A stretch of DNA of 64,000 nt from Pseudomonadota bacterium. Lineage in GTDB: Bacteria; UBA10199; 2-02-FULL-44-16; DYJF01. The notes beneath the pieces were generated by a model. It saw only the letters and a program-made list of their open reading frames with translations, was not told where the DNA came from and searched no databases. Position 1 is the first letter of the stretch. Each line of letters begins with the position of its first letter. The position numbers and the translations under genes were made by a program. The stretch spans positions 31,790 through 95,789 of the forward strand of contig JBDRBB010000023.1 in NCBI GenBank assembly GCA_043823065.1, written 5' to 3'. This document shows positions 18,718-30,452 of this stretch, piece after piece.

Positions 18718-19962
18718 ATGAAATTATTAAAGCGTTTAAAATCCCAAACTGGAATAGCTTTAATTTTGGTGCTTAGTTCGATAACTATCCTAACCACCAT
18801 GGCTGTGGAGTTTGCCTATAATGCTAATGTTAATTATCATTTGGCGCGCAATGAAGTAGATAGGCTTAAGGCCATATATTTGGCTAAATCTGCTTACAAT
18901 TTTATGCGAGTAGAACTTAAATTTGATCGGGTGTTTCGCCAGATTGTGCAGAGCCAGAATCTTGGCCAATTTTTAGGGGCTAATGCTTCTTTGCCTTTAT
19001 GCCAACAGTTTCCGCTTTCCACAGGTCTGATTCGAGCGGTATTTATGGGTGGTGAGGGAAATGATGTTTTGCCAGATGAGCTCAAAGGTATGGTGTCTAT
19101 GGCTGCTCAAACCGAGGCCCAAGAGTTCTTGGATTTTGAAGGTGATTTTGACGCAGTATGTGTGGATGAATCAGTTAAAATTAATTTGAATGGATTTTAT
19201 GGACTTGATCCAGCCCAAAAAGTTGCGGAAGGCTATAATGCTTATGATAAATTAAAAATTGATTTAGCCAAATTTTTGGCTAGAAAACAATATGCACATT
19301 TATTTGAGGATGCTGGGATTAAAACCGGTGACGTGGTACGCAATATTGCCGATTGGATTGATAGCAATGAGATGATCAATGAAATTGGCGGAGCAGAAGC
19401 TGGACCAGAAATGATGTTATATGAAAGACAGCAGACAAACTATCCGATTAAAAATTCAAAATTCAGCACCTTGGACGAGGCATTTTTGGTGGCAGGGGTG
19501 GTTGACGAATGGTTTGCTCCAATCAAAAAGTTTTTTACGATTTATGGAGATGGAGCGGTTAATGTTTGTAATGCTGAAGAAATAGTGGTGCATGAAGTTA
19601 TTAGACGCTATGTGGAAGACAATCCAGATCTACCCCCAATAAAATTGGATGATCCAGAGACCATGGAAAAATTAGTAACTGCTGTTTATGATGGGTGTGC
19701 TATGGGTGGTATTGGTGATCAACAAAAACAACAGATTGCCTCTAGTTTAAATGCAGCCTTGGGCGCTTTGGGAGAAACTGAACAGTCAGAGCAAACAGCG
19801 GGCACTTCAGGTTTTGCCAATTTAATTTCCACAGAACCAAGATTTTTTTCCTTAACATTGACTGGCGTTGTAGGTGATGTAAGCGTGGTTATTGATGCAG
19901 TGTTGGATGTTAAAGACGCTAATCCTAAACGTTGGAACTTGTTGTATTGGAGAATGTATTAA
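18718..19962 (+). CDS. gspK: minor pseudopilin GspK
   Basis: GIALILVL, DESVKINLN, IADWIDSN, VNVCNA. Confidence 0.9.
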   Translation: MKLLKRLKSQTGIALILVLSSITILTTMAVEFAYNANVNYHLARNEVDRLKAIYLAKSAYNFMRVELKFDRVFRQIVQSQNLGQFLGANASLPLCQQFPLSTGLIRAVFMGGEGNDVLPDELKGMVSMAAQTEAQEFLDFEGDFDAVCVDESVKINLNGFYGLDPAQKVAEGYNAYDKLKIDLAKFLARKQYAHLFEDAGIKTGDVVRNIADWIDSNEMINEIGGAEAGPEMMLYERQQTNYPIKNSKFSTLDEAFLVAGVVDEWFAPIKKFFTIYGDGAVNVCNAEEIVVHEVIRRYVEDNPDLPPIKLDDPETMEKLVTAVYDGCAMGGIGDQQKQQIASSLNAALGALGETEQSEQTAGTSGFANLISTEPRFFSLTLTGVVGDVSVVIDAVLDVKDANPKRWNLLYWRMY

Positions 19963-19981
19963 GAGCTGTCGTTAGTTATTA

Positions 19982-20082
19982 GTACATCGTACTTCGTAGA
20001 TTAAGTAATTGCCTTAGAATATACTAACATGTTAATATAATAAGGTTTTTACGAAGTACGAACAACAAAGTACGAACGACGG
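19982..20082. repeat. imperfect inverted repeat built of TACGAA(G/C)-like heptamers
   Basis: TCGTACTTCGTA (19987-19998) is inverted to TACGAAGTACGA (20050-20061), followed by degenerate heptamers. Confidence 0.55.
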
Positions 20083-20089
20083 ATTTTAT

Positions 20090-21715
20090 ATGCCGCAAAA
20101 AGTTTTAGGAATAGATATAGGAAGTTATTCAGTCAAAGTTGCCGAGCTGGCACGCAGCTTTCGATCATTTGAGTTTGTCGGTTTTTATGAAAAAAGAGTG
20201 GTTGAAAATGAACTTTTAAGCAAAGAAGAGTCGATTGCTTTGGCCCTGCAGAGTTTAATTGACGACCATAATTTACAGTGGGAAACAGCTTGTTGCGGTT
20301 TTCCCACTCAGATGGTTTCTTCCAGGGTTTTAACCTTTCCTTTTGGTAATCGCAAAAAAATTGAGCAGGCCTTGGGTTTTGAAATCGAGACCTATATTCC
20401 CTTTGATATTAACGATGTTGTATTTGATCATGCAATTTTAAGTAGTGGCAAGGACTCTTCCCAGGTTATGGGAATTTATACTCCTAAAAAAGAGGTGGCC
20501 AAGATTTTATCCATGCTAGATGGAGTTGGAATAGATCCTCAGCATCTTTGTGTGGAAGGCGTGGAAATGGTGAATTTGGTTAATTTGGGGATGGTTCCAC
20601 CAGAGGGTGGTTTTACAATTATTGATATTGGCCATGAAAAAACTACGATTACAATTTTCCATGGTAAAAAACTAGGTTATGTTAGATCAGTTTCTGTGGC
20701 AGGAAAGGCTATTACAGAGGCCATAGCCAAAAAACTTGAAGTTCCCTATGCTGAAGCAGAGAGATATAAAATTGAAATTGGACAATTAAATTTAATGGAC
20801 GGTGAAGTTGTTGACGACCTTACCAGAGATGTCAATGCAGCAATTAAACAGGTTATACAAGATCTGATGTTGCATGTGCGTCAAACTCTTTTTTCCTATC
20901 GGGAAACCGAAGGGGTTCCGGTTGAGGGTATTTATTTGTGTGGCGGAACATCCCGCTTAATAGGTTTGGATAACTATATTTCGGATTTCCTGAAGCAAAA
21001 TGTAACGTTTTTAAATTGTGCTGATTTTCATTTTACAAAACTGGAGCGAGCTGAAGCTCATCGCCATGTCATTCCCCAGGCCTTGGCACTGGCTTTGCGA
21101 GAAGTGGCTGGCCCTGGCTTGCCAGATGTTAATTTCCGTCTGGGTGAGTTTGCCTTTACTGGAAATGTAGAACAATTAGGCGGAGGATTAAGAAAATTTG
21201 CGATAATCGGCGGCATAATTGTTTTTCTGGCCCTGCTTAATTTTACTTTAAAATATTATACGTTAAAACAACAGTTGGATAAGATACAGGATAATGGGGC
21301 AGAGTTGGTCATGCAAGCTATACCTAACACGCCAAAGAAGACTATTTCCACAACCACGGCTGCGCTTTCCTTGCTAAAAGGAAAGAGGGCTGAAATTAAC
21401 GAAAGAATTAATGTGCTTGCTGGCGCTATGGGTGTTTCTCCTTTGGATATTTTAAAAAAGATATCTGAGCTGATGCCTGCGAAGGATGAAATTACAATTG
21501 ATGTTAAGGATATGAATATTGCCCAGGATAGAGTGACTTTATCTGGAGAGACTAATTCTTTTGAAAATGTGGATAAAATTAAATTAGAAATGGAAAGATC
21601 TAAAAGATTTAAAAATGTTTCCACAGGAAATGTGAGAAAAGGCACCAAAGGAGAGATCAAATTTGATCTCTCCATGGAAATTGAAGAAGAAGGCGAGGGA
21701 TCTGATGGATCTTAA
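20090..21715 (+). CDS. gspL: GspL with PilM/actin-like cytoplasmic domain
   Basis: LGIDIGSYSVKV, IIDIGHEKT, LCGGTSRL, TM, PilN-like periplasmic domain. Confidence 0.85.
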   Translation: MPQKVLGIDIGSYSVKVAELARSFRSFEFVGFYEKRVVENELLSKEESIALALQSLIDDHNLQWETACCGFPTQMVSSRVLTFPFGNRKKIEQALGFEIETYIPFDINDVVFDHAILSSGKDSSQVMGIYTPKKEVAKILSMLDGVGIDPQHLCVEGVEMVNLVNLGMVPPEGGFTIIDIGHEKTTITIFHGKKLGYVRSVSVAGKAITEAIAKKLEVPYAEAERYKIEIGQLNLMDGEVVDDLTRDVNAAIKQVIQDLMLHVRQTLFSYRETEGVPVEGIYLCGGTSRLIGLDNYISDFLKQNVTFLNCADFHFTKLERAEAHRHVIPQALALALREVAGPGLPDVNFRLGEFAFTGNVEQLGGGLRKFAIIGGIIVFLALLNFTLKYYTLKQQLDKIQDNGAELVMQAIPNTPKKTISTTTAALSLLKGKRAEINERINVLAGAMGVSPLDILKKISELMPAKDEITIDVKDMNIAQDRVTLSGETNSFENVDKIKLEMERSKRFKNVSTGNVRKGTKGEIKFDLSMEIEEEGEGSDGS

Positions 21716-22289
21716 GCTGGGAAATATAAATTTAGAACGGCTGAAATTTCAGAATTTATATAATACGTATTTAGGTTTGACCTCAAGAGAACAGACCATT
21801 GCTTTAATTGCCACCGCTGCAGTTATTCTGCTGATAATACTTTTACCAGTAACAGTTGCGTCTAAAAAAATATCTAATTTGGAAAAATCCATAGAACAGG
21901 CCAATGACAGACTTAAAGATATTACCTATGAAATTGGGCAGTTAAATGAGATCAAGGCCCAGTTAGCGCAGGAAGAGACCAAGTTGGCTGGTGGTTTTGA
22001 CGCCTCAATTTCCACGACCTTAGAAAATTTGGCCAACAAAAGCGGAATTAGTGAACGCATTGATTCACTCAAAGAAAAAGCTGTCACTCCTTCGGATTTG
22101 TTTGATGAAGCATCAGTTGATGTGCGCTTAAAAAAGGTTACTTTGCCAGAGTTGATTGATTACTTATATGCAATTGAGCATAACACAGATAAACTTTTGC
22201 GTCTGAAGAGATTAGAAATTAAGCCGCGTTATGATAACCCTAAAGAGTTTGATGTCTCTTTTCAAGTTTCAACATATAGAATGTTATAA
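21663..22289 (+). CDS. gspM: type II secretion protein M (start probably ATG 21705)
   Basis: LTSREQ then TM, coiled coil and ferredoxin-like domain; operon order. Confidence 0.8.
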   Translation: MISPWKLKKKARDLMDLKLGNINLERLKFQNLYNTYLGLTSREQTIALIATAAVILLIILLPVTVASKKISNLEKSIEQANDRLKDITYEIGQLNEIKAQLAQEETKLAGGFDASISTTLENLANKSGISERIDSLKEKAVTPSDLFDEASVDVRLKKVTLPELIDYLYAIEHNTDKLLRLKRLEIKPRYDNPKEFDVSFQVSTYRML

Positions 22290-22291
22290 AT

Positions 22292-23203
22292 ATGCCAAAA
22301 CTTTTTAAATACATAGGCTATTTGATTATATTCGTAGTTACTTTTATTATCTTTCTCTACTGGTTGTTCCCTTATAACGTGCTTAAAGAAAGGGTGGCTG
22401 CGGCTATTGAGGAGCCTTTTGGGGGCGCGGTGGAAGTTTCAATTGGTGAAATTGAACCTTATTATTTTACAGGAGTTGATATTTCCAATCTAGCAATTGC
22501 TTCGCGTACAGAGCAAGAATTGTTGCAAATGATTAAGCTGGATCGCGTACGTGGAAGGGCTAAGTTGTTTTCTCTGCTTTTTGGTAAACCAGATTTTTCT
22601 TTTTACATTAAAGCTGGAAAGGGTGAAATTTCAGGAAGCGTGGATCAGCTGGAAGATGGTTTTGATTTGGAAGTGGATTTTGATGAGTTTGATGTTTCCC
22701 ATATCAAATGGCTGCCAGCTAATTTGGGTTTGCAATTGTCTGGTCAAATAGATGGGGGAGTAGATTTAAGAGTTGATCGGTTGCGTCCGGCGCGCACAGA
22801 AGGCAGCATAGATATTTCATTTATTAATCTAAAGTTGGCAGATTCAATATTGAAGATAGCTGGCGGTGGTTTTGAAATGCCAAGCCTGGTCTTAACTGAA
22901 AAAAGGGGTTCCAGATTGAAGTTGCAGATAAGTAAAGGTACGGCGCTGATTGATATGTTTAAGTTTGAAGGTGGAGATCTGGAATTAGATATGAAAGGCA
23001 AGGCTTTTTTAGGCAATTCATTAGATAATTTACGTTTGAATATTTCTGGATCTTTTAAGGTTTCTGAAAAATTGGCCAAAGAATTGCCGTTTTTATTTAT
23101 TGTGCAAAAACAAAAACAACAAGATGGAAGCTATCCTTTGTCAGTTTCAGGCCGCATAAACTCGCCTGCCATCAAGATAGGCACTTTTACTGTTCCTCTT
23201 TAA
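22292..23203 (+). CDS. gspN: type II secretion protein N
   Basis: TM followed by LFPY and a beta-rich body; last gene of the operon. Confidence 0.8.
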   Translation: MPKLFKYIGYLIIFVVTFIIFLYWLFPYNVLKERVAAAIEEPFGGAVEVSIGEIEPYYFTGVDISNLAIASRTEQELLQMIKLDRVRGRAKLFSLLFGKPDFSFYIKAGKGEISGSVDQLEDGFDLEVDFDEFDVSHIKWLPANLGLQLSGQIDGGVDLRVDRLRPARTEGSIDISFINLKLADSILKIAGGGFEMPSLVLTEKRGSRLKLQISKGTALIDMFKFEGGDLELDMKGKAFLGNSLDNLRLNISGSFKVSEKLAKELPFLFIVQKQKQQDGSYPLSVSGRINSPAIKIGTFTVPL

Positions 23204-23492
23204 TCTGATAAACTATTTCCCCTGATTTGATAAAACCTAATTCCTGGCGAATGACCAACTCTAGATTTTTAGGATCATGCAGCAGCTTTTTTTCATTTTC
23301 TAAATTTTCAAGATCTTTTTGTAAGTCTGTCTTTTTTTGAATTAAATCATTTTTTAGATAAACCAATTTATTTAATTGCAACACGCCCTGTTCGCCTAAA
23401 AGCAGAAAAGAAAAAAAAATGCCAACGGCCAGAATTATACAAATGCGCAAGGGCGTAAAAATGCTTAAAATTGTTTTAAGCAAACGTTTCAT
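23187..23492 (-). CDS. septum formation initiator (FtsB/DivIC family)
   Basis: TM, GEQGV, coiled coil, [14 protein letters not shown]. Confidence 0.85.
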   Translation of the reverse strand: MKRLLKTILSIFTPLRICIILAVGIFFSFLLLGEQGVLQLNKLVYLKNDLIQKKTDLQKDLENLENEKKLLHDPKNLELVIRQELGFIKSGEIVYQIKEEQ

Positions 23493-24514
23493 TTAAAAAA
23501 CTCTGGTTGTAAATTCTGGGTTGGTTTTAAGCCGAAATGTGAATAAGCCAAAGGCGTGGCTACTCTGCCCCGCTGAGTACGATTAATAAAACCACATTGA
23601 ATTAAATATGGCTCATAAACATCTTCTATGGTTTCTTTTTCTTCGTTAATTGCCGAAGAAATGGTATCCACACCTACTGGGCCGCCTTGGAATTTCTCAA
23701 TGATGGTCAAAAGAATTTTGCGATCCATTTGTTCAAAGCCTCTTTCATCAACATCCAGTAATTGCAGGGCCTGGCGCGCTATTTCATTGTCTATTTTACC
23801 GTTACCCTTAACTTGGGCAAAATCACGAACACGGCGCAAAATGCGGTTGGTAATGCGGGGTGTGCCCCGAGAACGTTTCGCAATTTCCAATGCTGCTTCA
23901 AAAGTTATAGGAATATTCATGAGTTTGGCTGAACGTTCAATAATTTTTTGTAAATCACTTGGCTCATAATAATCCAAATGAGCAGCAACGCCAAAGCGGT
24001 CGCGCAATGGAGAAGTGAGCAGTCCTGCTCTAGTAGTAGCCCCGATGAGAGTGAATTTTGGCAAGTCCAATTTAATGGTTTTAGCTGAAGGTCCCTGGCC
24101 TATGATAATATCCAGTTTAAAATCTTCCATGGCAGGATAGAGCACTTCTTCTATGACGCGGTTTAAGCGATGAATCTCGTCAATAAAGAGCACATCATGA
24201 TCATTTAAGTTAGTTAAGATAGCAGCTAGATCGCCTTGGCGTTCTAAAGCTGGACCTGAGGTAGAAGTTAGACCTACACCTAATTCATTGGCAATAATAC
24301 AAGCTAGGGTGGTTTTACCCAAACCTGGAGGCCCGGAAAACAAGACATGATCTAAATGTTCTTGGCGCTGCTTGGCAGCTTGAATAAAGATTTTAAGCCG
24401 ATCTTTAATTTTGGGTTGAGCTATAAACTCAGAGAGTTTTTGCGGACGCAAATTTGCTTCAACTTGTTTTTCCTCGCCATTTTCTGGAAACGGACCTAAA
24501 AAACGTTCACTCAT
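23489..24514 (-). CDS. ruvB: Holliday junction helicase subunit B
   Basis: [35 protein letters not shown]. Confidence 0.98.
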   Translation of the reverse strand: MSERFLGPFPENGEEKQVEANLRPQKLSEFIAQPKIKDRLKIFIQAAKQRQEHLDHVLFSGPPGLGKTTLACIIANELGVGLTSTSGPALERQGDLAAILTNLNDHDVLFIDEIHRLNRVIEEVLYPAMEDFKLDIIIGQGPSAKTIKLDLPKFTLIGATTRAGLLTSPLRDRFGVAAHLDYYEPSDLQKIIERSAKLMNIPITFEAALEIAKRSRGTPRITNRILRRVRDFAQVKGNGKIDNEIARQALQLLDVDERGFEQMDRKILLTIIEKFQGGPVGVDTISSAINEEKETIEDVYEPYLIQCGFINRTQRGRVATPLAYSHFGLKPTQNLQPEFFK

Positions 24515-25107
24515 TTCTTGGCAATCTCCTTTAAAGTTTGTCGCAAAGCTTTTTCAAGTGGTGTGTTTTCATCCCAGGCGCATTTTTGAAATGCTTCTTC
24601 AGCTAATGAACGTTGATAGCCCAAATTTGTCAAGGCAGATACCACGTCTTCAAATAAACGGTTACTAATAGATGTGCTTGTGGGAAGAGCGGTGTGGACT
24701 GAATATTTTTTCAATTTATCTTGCAGCTCAATTACAATTCGTTCAGATGTTTTCTTGCCCACGCCAGGAATGGCCTGCAGCACTTTAAGATCTTTAGTGA
24801 TAATAGCGCGCACCAAATCTTGAGGTGATACTCCAGAAAGAATGGTTAGCGCCATTTTTGGGCCCACTCCGGAAATAGAAATTACTTTTTGAAAAATTTC
24901 TTTTTCTTCAGAGGTCATAAAACCAAAGAGAGTGAGCTGGTCTTCTCTTAAGTGAGTATGAGTATAAATTGTAATGTCTTGTCCAATTTCAGGTAAGGTA
25001 GAAAAAGTGTGAAATGAAACAAAGACCCTGTAGCCAACACCAGAAACATTAACAATAACGTGTTGAGGGTCTTTAAATGCTAGTTTTCCTGTTAGTTGAG
25101 CAATCAT
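24511..25107 (-). CDS. ruvA: Holliday junction DNA-binding subunit A
   Basis: [35 protein letters not shown]. Confidence 0.97.
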   Translation of the reverse strand: MIAQLTGKLAFKDPQHVIVNVSGVGYRVFVSFHTFSTLPEIGQDITIYTHTHLREDQLTLFGFMTSEEKEIFQKVISISGVGPKMALTILSGVSPQDLVRAIITKDLKVLQAIPGVGKKTSERIVIELQDKLKKYSVHTALPTSTSISNRLFEDVVSALTNLGYQRSLAEEAFQKCAWDENTPLEKALRQTLKEIAKK

Positions 25108-25582
25108 ACTTTTTCATCTTATACGAATGTAAGTGGCAGATTGCAACAGCCAATGCATCTGAGGCGTCTTCAGAAGCAATTTCTGGTAACTTAAGATAGG
25201 ATTTAACCATTTGTTGAACCTGGTGTTTGCTGGCATTTCCGATGCCGACCACAGCTTGCTTGACCTGGGCAGGACTGTATTCAGCGATTTTTACCTGAGC
25301 ACTCATGGCTGCTAGCATGGCAATGCCTCTGACGTGACCTAATTTCATGGAACTTCTGATATTTTTGGCTACAAAAATATCTTCCAGAGCTATTATTTCT
25401 GGCTTAAATTCATTAAGACGATCTAGAATTTCTAAATAAATGTGGTGTAAACGCTCAGAAAAATCCAGTGTGGGCTTGGGGCGAATAACTCCGTTATCTA
25501 TGTGCATAATTTTGGAGCCTTGTTCCTCAATGACTCCATAGCCAGTAATTAAACTCCCAGGGTCAATCCCAAAGGTTATCAT
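25073..25582 (-). CDS. ruvC: crossover junction endodeoxyribonuclease
   Basis: GIDPGSLITGYG, ALEDIF, LGHVRG, DASDALAVAICH. Confidence 0.97.
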   Translation of the reverse strand: MITFGIDPGSLITGYGVIEEQGSKIMHIDNGVIRPKPTLDFSERLHHIYLEILDRLNEFKPEIIALEDIFVAKNIRSSMKLGHVRGIAMLAAMSAQVKIAEYSPAQVKQAVVGIGNASKHQVQQMVKSYLKLPEIASEDASDALAVAICHLHSYKMKKYDCSTNRKTSI

Positions 25583-25595
25583 CTTAGCGCGGTTT

Positions 25596-26345
25596 TTATG
25601 AGGCTAGTTCCTCAATTAATTTTGAATCAATATCAAAGTTGGCGTAAACATTTTGAGTATCGTCATGATCTTCAAGCGCATCCATGAGTTTTAGCATTTT
25701 TTCAGCGCCATTGCGATCTAGTTTAACCGTGGTTTGAGGAACCATTTGAACTGAAGCTTCAGTTGGTTTGATATTATTTTTTTCGATTGCTGTTTTTACT
25801 GCTTCAAAATTATTAGGATCTGTAACTACTGAAATTAAATCTTCTTCATCTTTAATATCATCTGCGCCTGCTTCCAAAGCTATTTCCATGAGTTTTTCTT
25901 CATTAACATCTTTTTTACTAAAGGTAAGCACGCCTTGTTTATTAAACATCCAGGCTACGCAACCATTTTCACCTAAATTTCCACCCATTTTTGTGAATAA
26001 ATGGCGCATTTCAGCAACAGTTCTATTGCGGTTATCTGTTAAGGTCTCTACCAGAACTGCCACGCCATTTGGACCATAGCCTTCAAAAGTTATTTCTTCG
26101 TAGGAAACGCCTTCAAGCTCACCCGTGCCCCGCTTAATTGCCCTTTGGACGTTGTCGTTCGGCATATTCGCTGCACGCGCATTGTCAAGTACTGTCCTAA
26201 GGCGGGGGTTGTTAGCGGGATCACCGCCCCCGAAACGTGCGGCAACTGTGATTTCTTTAATGAGTTTCGAAAAGAGTTTACCCCTTTTGGCATCTGCTGC
26301 TCCTTTTTTATGTTTAATGGTTGCCCATTTTGAATGACCAGACAT
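25596..26345 (-). CDS. yebC: YebC/PmpR family protein
   Basis: [28 protein letters not shown]. Confidence 0.97.
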   Translation of the reverse strand: MSGHSKWATIKHKKGAADAKRGKLFSKLIKEITVAARFGGGDPANNPRLRTVLDNARAANMPNDNVQRAIKRGTGELEGVSYEEITFEGYGPNGVAVLVETLTDNRNRTVAEMRHLFTKMGGNLGENGCVAWMFNKQGVLTFSKKDVNEEKLMEIALEAGADDIKDEEDLISVVTDPNNFEAVKTAIEKNNIKPTEASVQMVPQTTVKLDRNGAEKMLKLMDALEDHDDTQNVYANFDIDSKLIEELAS

Positions 26346-26429
26346 AACAAATTCCTCCTATGCAATAAATATTAATCTCGCTTGAATTGGAGCTTACTAG
26401 CACAACTGAGCAAAAGAACACAAGAATAT

Positions 26430-27530
26430 TTAACTGCTTAAATAAGTGTTCAACTCGTGGACATCCAGGCAATGTTTCATAGCCTCTGCTTGCTCAATTA
26501 TGCCACTTTTAACCAGCTTGGCCAAGGATTGGTCCATGGTAACCATGTGGGTGGATTGCTGATTCATCTGTATTTCAGCCATAATTTGATGGATTTTGCC
26601 TTCTCTAATTAAATTGCGAATGCCGCTTGTTGGTAACATTAGTTCCACAGCCAGAGCACGGCCACGATTAATCTTGGGCAGGAGCTGCTGACTGATAACT
26701 CCTTCTAAAATAAAGGAAAGTTGAGTGCGGATTTGGTCTTGTTGATGGGGTGGAAAGACATCTATAACTCTATTAATAGTTTGAACTGCATTATTGGTGT
26801 GTAAGGTGGCAAAGACCAGATGGCCAGTTTCAGCAATAGTAATAGCGCTTTTGATAGTTTCCAGGTCGCGCATTTCTCCGATCAGGACATGATCTGGATC
26901 CTGGCGTAAGATGTATTTAAGGGCTTTTACAAAACTATGGGTATCTGAGTTGATTTCTCTTTGGTTAATCGTGCATTTTTTCTGTTGGAATACATATTCC
27001 ACAGGGTCTTCCACGGTAATTATGTGTTCGCTCCTGGTTTTATTGATCAATTCCAATAAAGAGGCAATAGTTGTGGATTTTCCGCTGCCGGTTTGGCCAG
27101 TGACCAGAATTAAGCCCCTGGGCTTGTTGATAAGATTAATAACAGTTGGCGGTAGTCCTAAGGTTTCAGGAGTGGGAATTTCATAGGGGATAGCCCGAAA
27201 AGCCCCAACCATCTGGCCCATAGACCAAAAAATGTTGCCTCTAATGCGGGTAGAGCCTTCAACATCAAAAGATAGATCTAGTTCTCTTTCGCTTTCCAAG
27301 TGGGCAATTTGATCTGGGCTTAGGTACTCAGTACACAAGGTTTGAGCTTCTTTAGGATTTAGGGCCTGGTCAGAAGCTGCTTGCAATACACCATCCACCC
27401 GGATTTGGGGCGGAATTCCAATGCTAATATGCAAATCAGAGCCTTTAAGTTCAACCATCTGTTTGATAAGATTTTTTAGGGTATGTGTCATAATAAAAGC
27501 ATAATACCTTATTCTTGGGCTTGTGATCAA
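26430..27530 (-). CDS. pilT: PilT/PilU-family retraction ATPase (start probably ATG 27491)
   Basis: GSDLHI, TGQTGSGKSTT, LRQDPD..LIGEMRD, AETGHLVFATLHT, IRNLIRE. Confidence 0.9.
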   Translation of the reverse strand: MITSPRIRYYAFIMTHTLKNLIKQMVELKGSDLHISIGIPPQIRVDGVLQAASDQALNPKEAQTLCTEYLSPDQIAHLESERELDLSFDVEGSTRIRGNIFWSMGQMVGAFRAIPYEIPTPETLGLPPTVINLINKPRGLILVTGQTGSGKSTTIASLLELINKTRSEHIITVEDPVEYVFQQKKCTINQREINSDTHSFVKALKYILRQDPDHVLIGEMRDLETIKSAITIAETGHLVFATLHTNNAVQTINRVIDVFPPHQQDQIRTQLSFILEGVISQQLLPKINRGRALAVELMLPTSGIRNLIREGKIHQIMAEIQMNQQSTHMVTMDQSLAKLVKSGIIEQAEAMKHCLDVHELNTYLSS

Positions 27531-27549
27531 GCTAGATATTTGCTAGCAA

Positions 27550-27972
27550 GTGCTTATGAAAGATTGGTACGAATCATCGATAAATCGTTTAAAAATAAAT
27601 AAAAATTTTAACCAGCGCTCCAGGTTAGAAATTGTTTTAGTCAGTTTGTTAATTATTTTGGCTTTGACCATAACTGCCGGTTATCGGGGTAAATGTAACG
27701 AGATTGAAAATGGCCAAATTCTAATTTATGATTTGGCACAATTGCGCTCAGCAGTGATATTATATAAAACTCTTAATCAGCAGTTGCCTTTGGATTTGCC
27801 AAGTTTGACTAAACTCACTTATGAATTTACGCCAGGCCAGTTGCGTCCATATTTAAATAATTTTCGTTTCGACGGCCAAGGCAGATTAATCGATCCATTT
27901 GGCACTCCTTATGGATACGATGTTAACAAAGGTTTTGTTTATTCCCAAACACATGGATTTAAAAATTTCTAA
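27550..27972 (+). CDS. pilin/GspG-like protein
   Basis: Degenerate prepilin N-terminus (SRLEIVLV), TM, DPFGTPY motif. Confidence 0.6.
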   Translation: MLMKDWYESSINRLKINKNFNQRSRLEIVLVSLLIILALTITAGYRGKCNEIENGQILIYDLAQLRSAVILYKTLNQQLPLDLPSLTKLTYEFTPGQLRPYLNNFRFDGQGRLIDPFGTPYGYDVNKGFVYSQTHGFKNF

Positions 27973-28360
27973 CCAAGGTTTTACTTTAATTGAAATAGTC
28001 CTAATCCTTGCTTTACTAGCTGTGCTGGCGATTTTTGCTTTGCCACGTTTTTTTAGCGTTTCCAAAGAAGTGCAAATTACCAACAGGGATGGCGTGGTAA
28101 GTGCGGTAAGTAGCGGTTTGGAGTTGGTATATGCCAGAGAAAAGCACTATCCTTTGGTGCTTGATGAGGCTAAAGCAGGCGCTTGTGGATCTCGCAATTT
28201 ATGTTTTACCAATGTTATGTTTCAACCAGTGCAAGACGAAGCTTGGAACAAGCTGCAGACAAAACTTTACAGTTTTCAAAAAGGTGAAACCAAGACTTGC
28301 TATCTTTACGATCCTGGTCTAGATAAGGGCAAATTTTCTGCAATAGATTGCCCAAATTAA
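27899..28360 (+). CDS. type IV prepilin-like protein (start probably ATG 27953)
   Basis: QGFTLIEIVLILALLAVLAIFALPRF; C-terminal Cys pairs. Confidence 0.85.
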   Translation: MALLMDTMLTKVLFIPKHMDLKISNQGFTLIEIVLILALLAVLAIFALPRFFSVSKEVQITNRDGVVSAVSSGLELVYAREKHYPLVLDEAKAGACGSRNLCFTNVMFQPVQDEAWNKLQTKLYSFQKGETKTCYLYDPGLDKGKFSAIDCPN

Positions 28361-28361
28361 T

Positions 28362-28682
28362 ATGGAAGATACAAATCAAAAATACAGAGTGCGTCCACCT
28401 AATTGGTTGCCCTTGCCTCATCAAGTTTCCATTCAGGTTGCCCAGCAAAATGTTGATGAAAACGATTTATTTTCCAAAGGAGAAGTAATTAGTTTTTATC
28501 CCTGGCAAGGTTACGGGTATATTAAAACCAATAATAATCAGGAATTGATTTTTAAATTAAATGAAATTGATTTAAAGGGTGAAAAAACAGATCCCAGTTA
28601 TCTGGCAGTGGGTCTCAAAGTTGGTTATGACGTAGCTCAGGCCTCAGATGGTTTGCATGTAAAATCACTTAAAATTTATTGA
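28362..28682 (+). CDS. cold-shock-domain-like OB-fold protein
   Basis: [15 protein letters not shown]...[10 protein letters not shown] resembles a cold-shock domain. Confidence 0.55.
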   Translation: MEDTNQKYRVRPPNWLPLPHQVSIQVAQQNVDENDLFSKGEVISFYPWQGYGYIKTNNNQELIFKLNEIDLKGEKTDPSYLAVGLKVGYDVAQASDGLHVKSLKIY

Positions 28683-28689
28683 GTTTATT

Positions 28690-30369
28690 ATGACAAATGA
28701 AAACCCAGACAAGCAAGCTTCAAATTTCATAAAAAATATAATTGATGAAGATTTAAAAAATAATAAAAATGAGGGCAGGGTGCATACTCGTTTTCCGCCA
28801 GAGCCAAATGGCTATCTTCATATTGGTCATGCAAAATCAATCTGTCTAAATTTTGGGATAGCCCAAGACTATAATGGTAAGTTTAATTTACGTTTTGATG
28901 ATACCAACCCAGTAAAAGAAGAAGATGAATATGTACAGTCTATCATAGAAGATGTTAAGTGGTTAGGAGCAGATTGGGAAGATCGCCTTTTTTATGCTTC
29001 TGATTATTTTCAGCAGATGTATGATTATGCAGTGCAGCTTATTAAACAAGGTAAAGCCTATGTTGATGAATTAACAGCTGAAGAGATCAGACAGCATAGA
29101 GGAACTTTGTCTCTGCCTGGTCGGAATAGCCCATATAGAGATCGTTCTTCAGAGGAAAGTTTGGATTTATTTGAAAGAATGAAAAAAGGTGAGTTTCCAG
29201 ATGGTTCAAAAGTGCTGCGCGCGAAAATTGATATGTCTTCCCCTAATCTAAATCTTCGTGATCCAGTGATTTACCGTATTCTTCATGCCGAACATCACCG
29301 AACTGGAAACAAGTGGTGCATTTATCCCATGTATGATTGGGCCCACGGTTTAGAAGATTCAATTGAAGGAATTACTCATTCTATTTGCACTTTGGAATTT
29401 GAGGATCATCGGCCGCTTTATGATTGGTTCTTAGAACAATTAAAAGTATATCATCCCCAACAGATCGAATTTGCTAGACTCAATTTAACTTATACTTTGA
29501 TGAGTAAAAGAAAGCTGCTGCAACTAGTTCAAGAAGGGCAGGTAAATAGTTGGGATGATCCCAGAATGCCAACCATCTCTGGCTTTAGGCGTCGGGGCTA
29601 CACTCCAGAATCTATTCGCGATTTTGCCGAACGGATTGGTGTGGCCAAACGGGATAGCATGGTAGATGTGGCGCTTTTGGAATTTTGCATTCGGGATGAG
29701 TTAAATAAAAAAGCTTCTCGTTTTATGGGCGTGCTGGATCCGCTAAAAGTTATAATTGAAAATTACCCAGATAATTTGGAGGAGGAATTAGAGGCTATAA
29801 ATAATCCTGAAGATGAAAGCGCTGGACAAAGAAAAGTTCCCTTTTCCAAAGAGCTCTATATTGAGCGCGATGATTTTATGGAAGATCCACCTAAGAAGTT
29901 TTTTAGGCTGGCTCCAGGTCGGGAAGTGAGGCTTAGATATGCTTACTTTATTAAGTGCACAGATGTTGTGAAAGATGAGGCAGGAAAAGTTGTTGAGCTT
30001 AGGTGCTTCTATGATCCTGAAACGCGTGGTGGAAACGCCCCAGATGGCCGAAAGGTCAAAGCAACTTTGCATTGGGTCTCAGCTAAACAGGCAGTTGATG
30101 CTGAGGTTAGGTTGTATGATAGATTGTTTTTAGTAGAAGATCCAAATCAGGGCCCTGATTTTAGAGATCACCTAAATCCAGATTCACTAAAAATTGTTAA
30201 AGCTAAATTAGAACCAGCTCTCGCCAATTCAGAACCAGGGTTTAAGTGTCAATTTGAACGTCAAGGTTATTTTTGTGTTGATGCCAAAGATTCTAAGCCA
30301 GGCGCGCTGGTGTTTAATAGGACAGTTACCTTAAAAGATACCTGGGAAAAGATTAAAAAGAAAGCATAG
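28690..30369 (+). CDS. glnS: glutamine--tRNA ligase
   Basis: [52 protein letters not shown]. Confidence 0.98.
   Translation: MTNENPDKQASNFIKNIIDEDLKNNKNEGRVHTRFPPEPNGYLHIGHAKSICLNFGIAQDYNGKFNLRFDDTNPVKEEDEYVQSIIEDVKWLGADWEDRLFYASDYFQQMYDYAVQLIKQGKAYVDELTAEEIRQHRGTLSLPGRNSPYRDRSSEESLDLFERMKKGEFPDGSKVLRAKIDMSSPNLNLRDPVIYRILHAEHHRTGNKWCIYPMYDWAHGLEDSIEGITHSICTLEFEDHRPLYDWFLEQLKVYHPQQIEFARLNLTYTLMSKRKLLQLVQEGQVNSWDDPRMPTISGFRRRGYTPESIRDFAERIGVAKRDSMVDVALLEFCIRDELNKKASRFMGVLDPLKVIIENYPDNLEEELEAINNPEDESAGQRKVPFSKELYIERDDFMEDPPKKFFRLAPGREVRLRYAYFIKCTDVVKDEAGKVVELRCFYDPETRGGNAPDGRKVKATLHWVSAKQAVDAEVRLYDRLFLVEDPNQGPDFRDHLNPDSLKIVKAKLEPALANSEPGFKCQFERQGYFCVDAKDSKPGALVFNRTVTLKDTWEKIKKKA
30226..30369 (+). 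repeat. left direct repeat (current glnS 3' end)
   Basis: 30226-30362 matches 33792-33928 at 126/137 nt (counted by eye). Confidence 0.9.
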
Positions 30370-30452
30370 CCCCGCCCGAAAAAACAAAGTCTGATTATTT
30401 TAGGCATGAAAAATCTGTGGACAGTGAAGATATTTCATGGTATATTTGATCC

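Noticed and set aside
10014..23203. T2SS operon as a novel system
   Set aside because: Canonical gspC-N order; only the gspH leader insertion is unusual.
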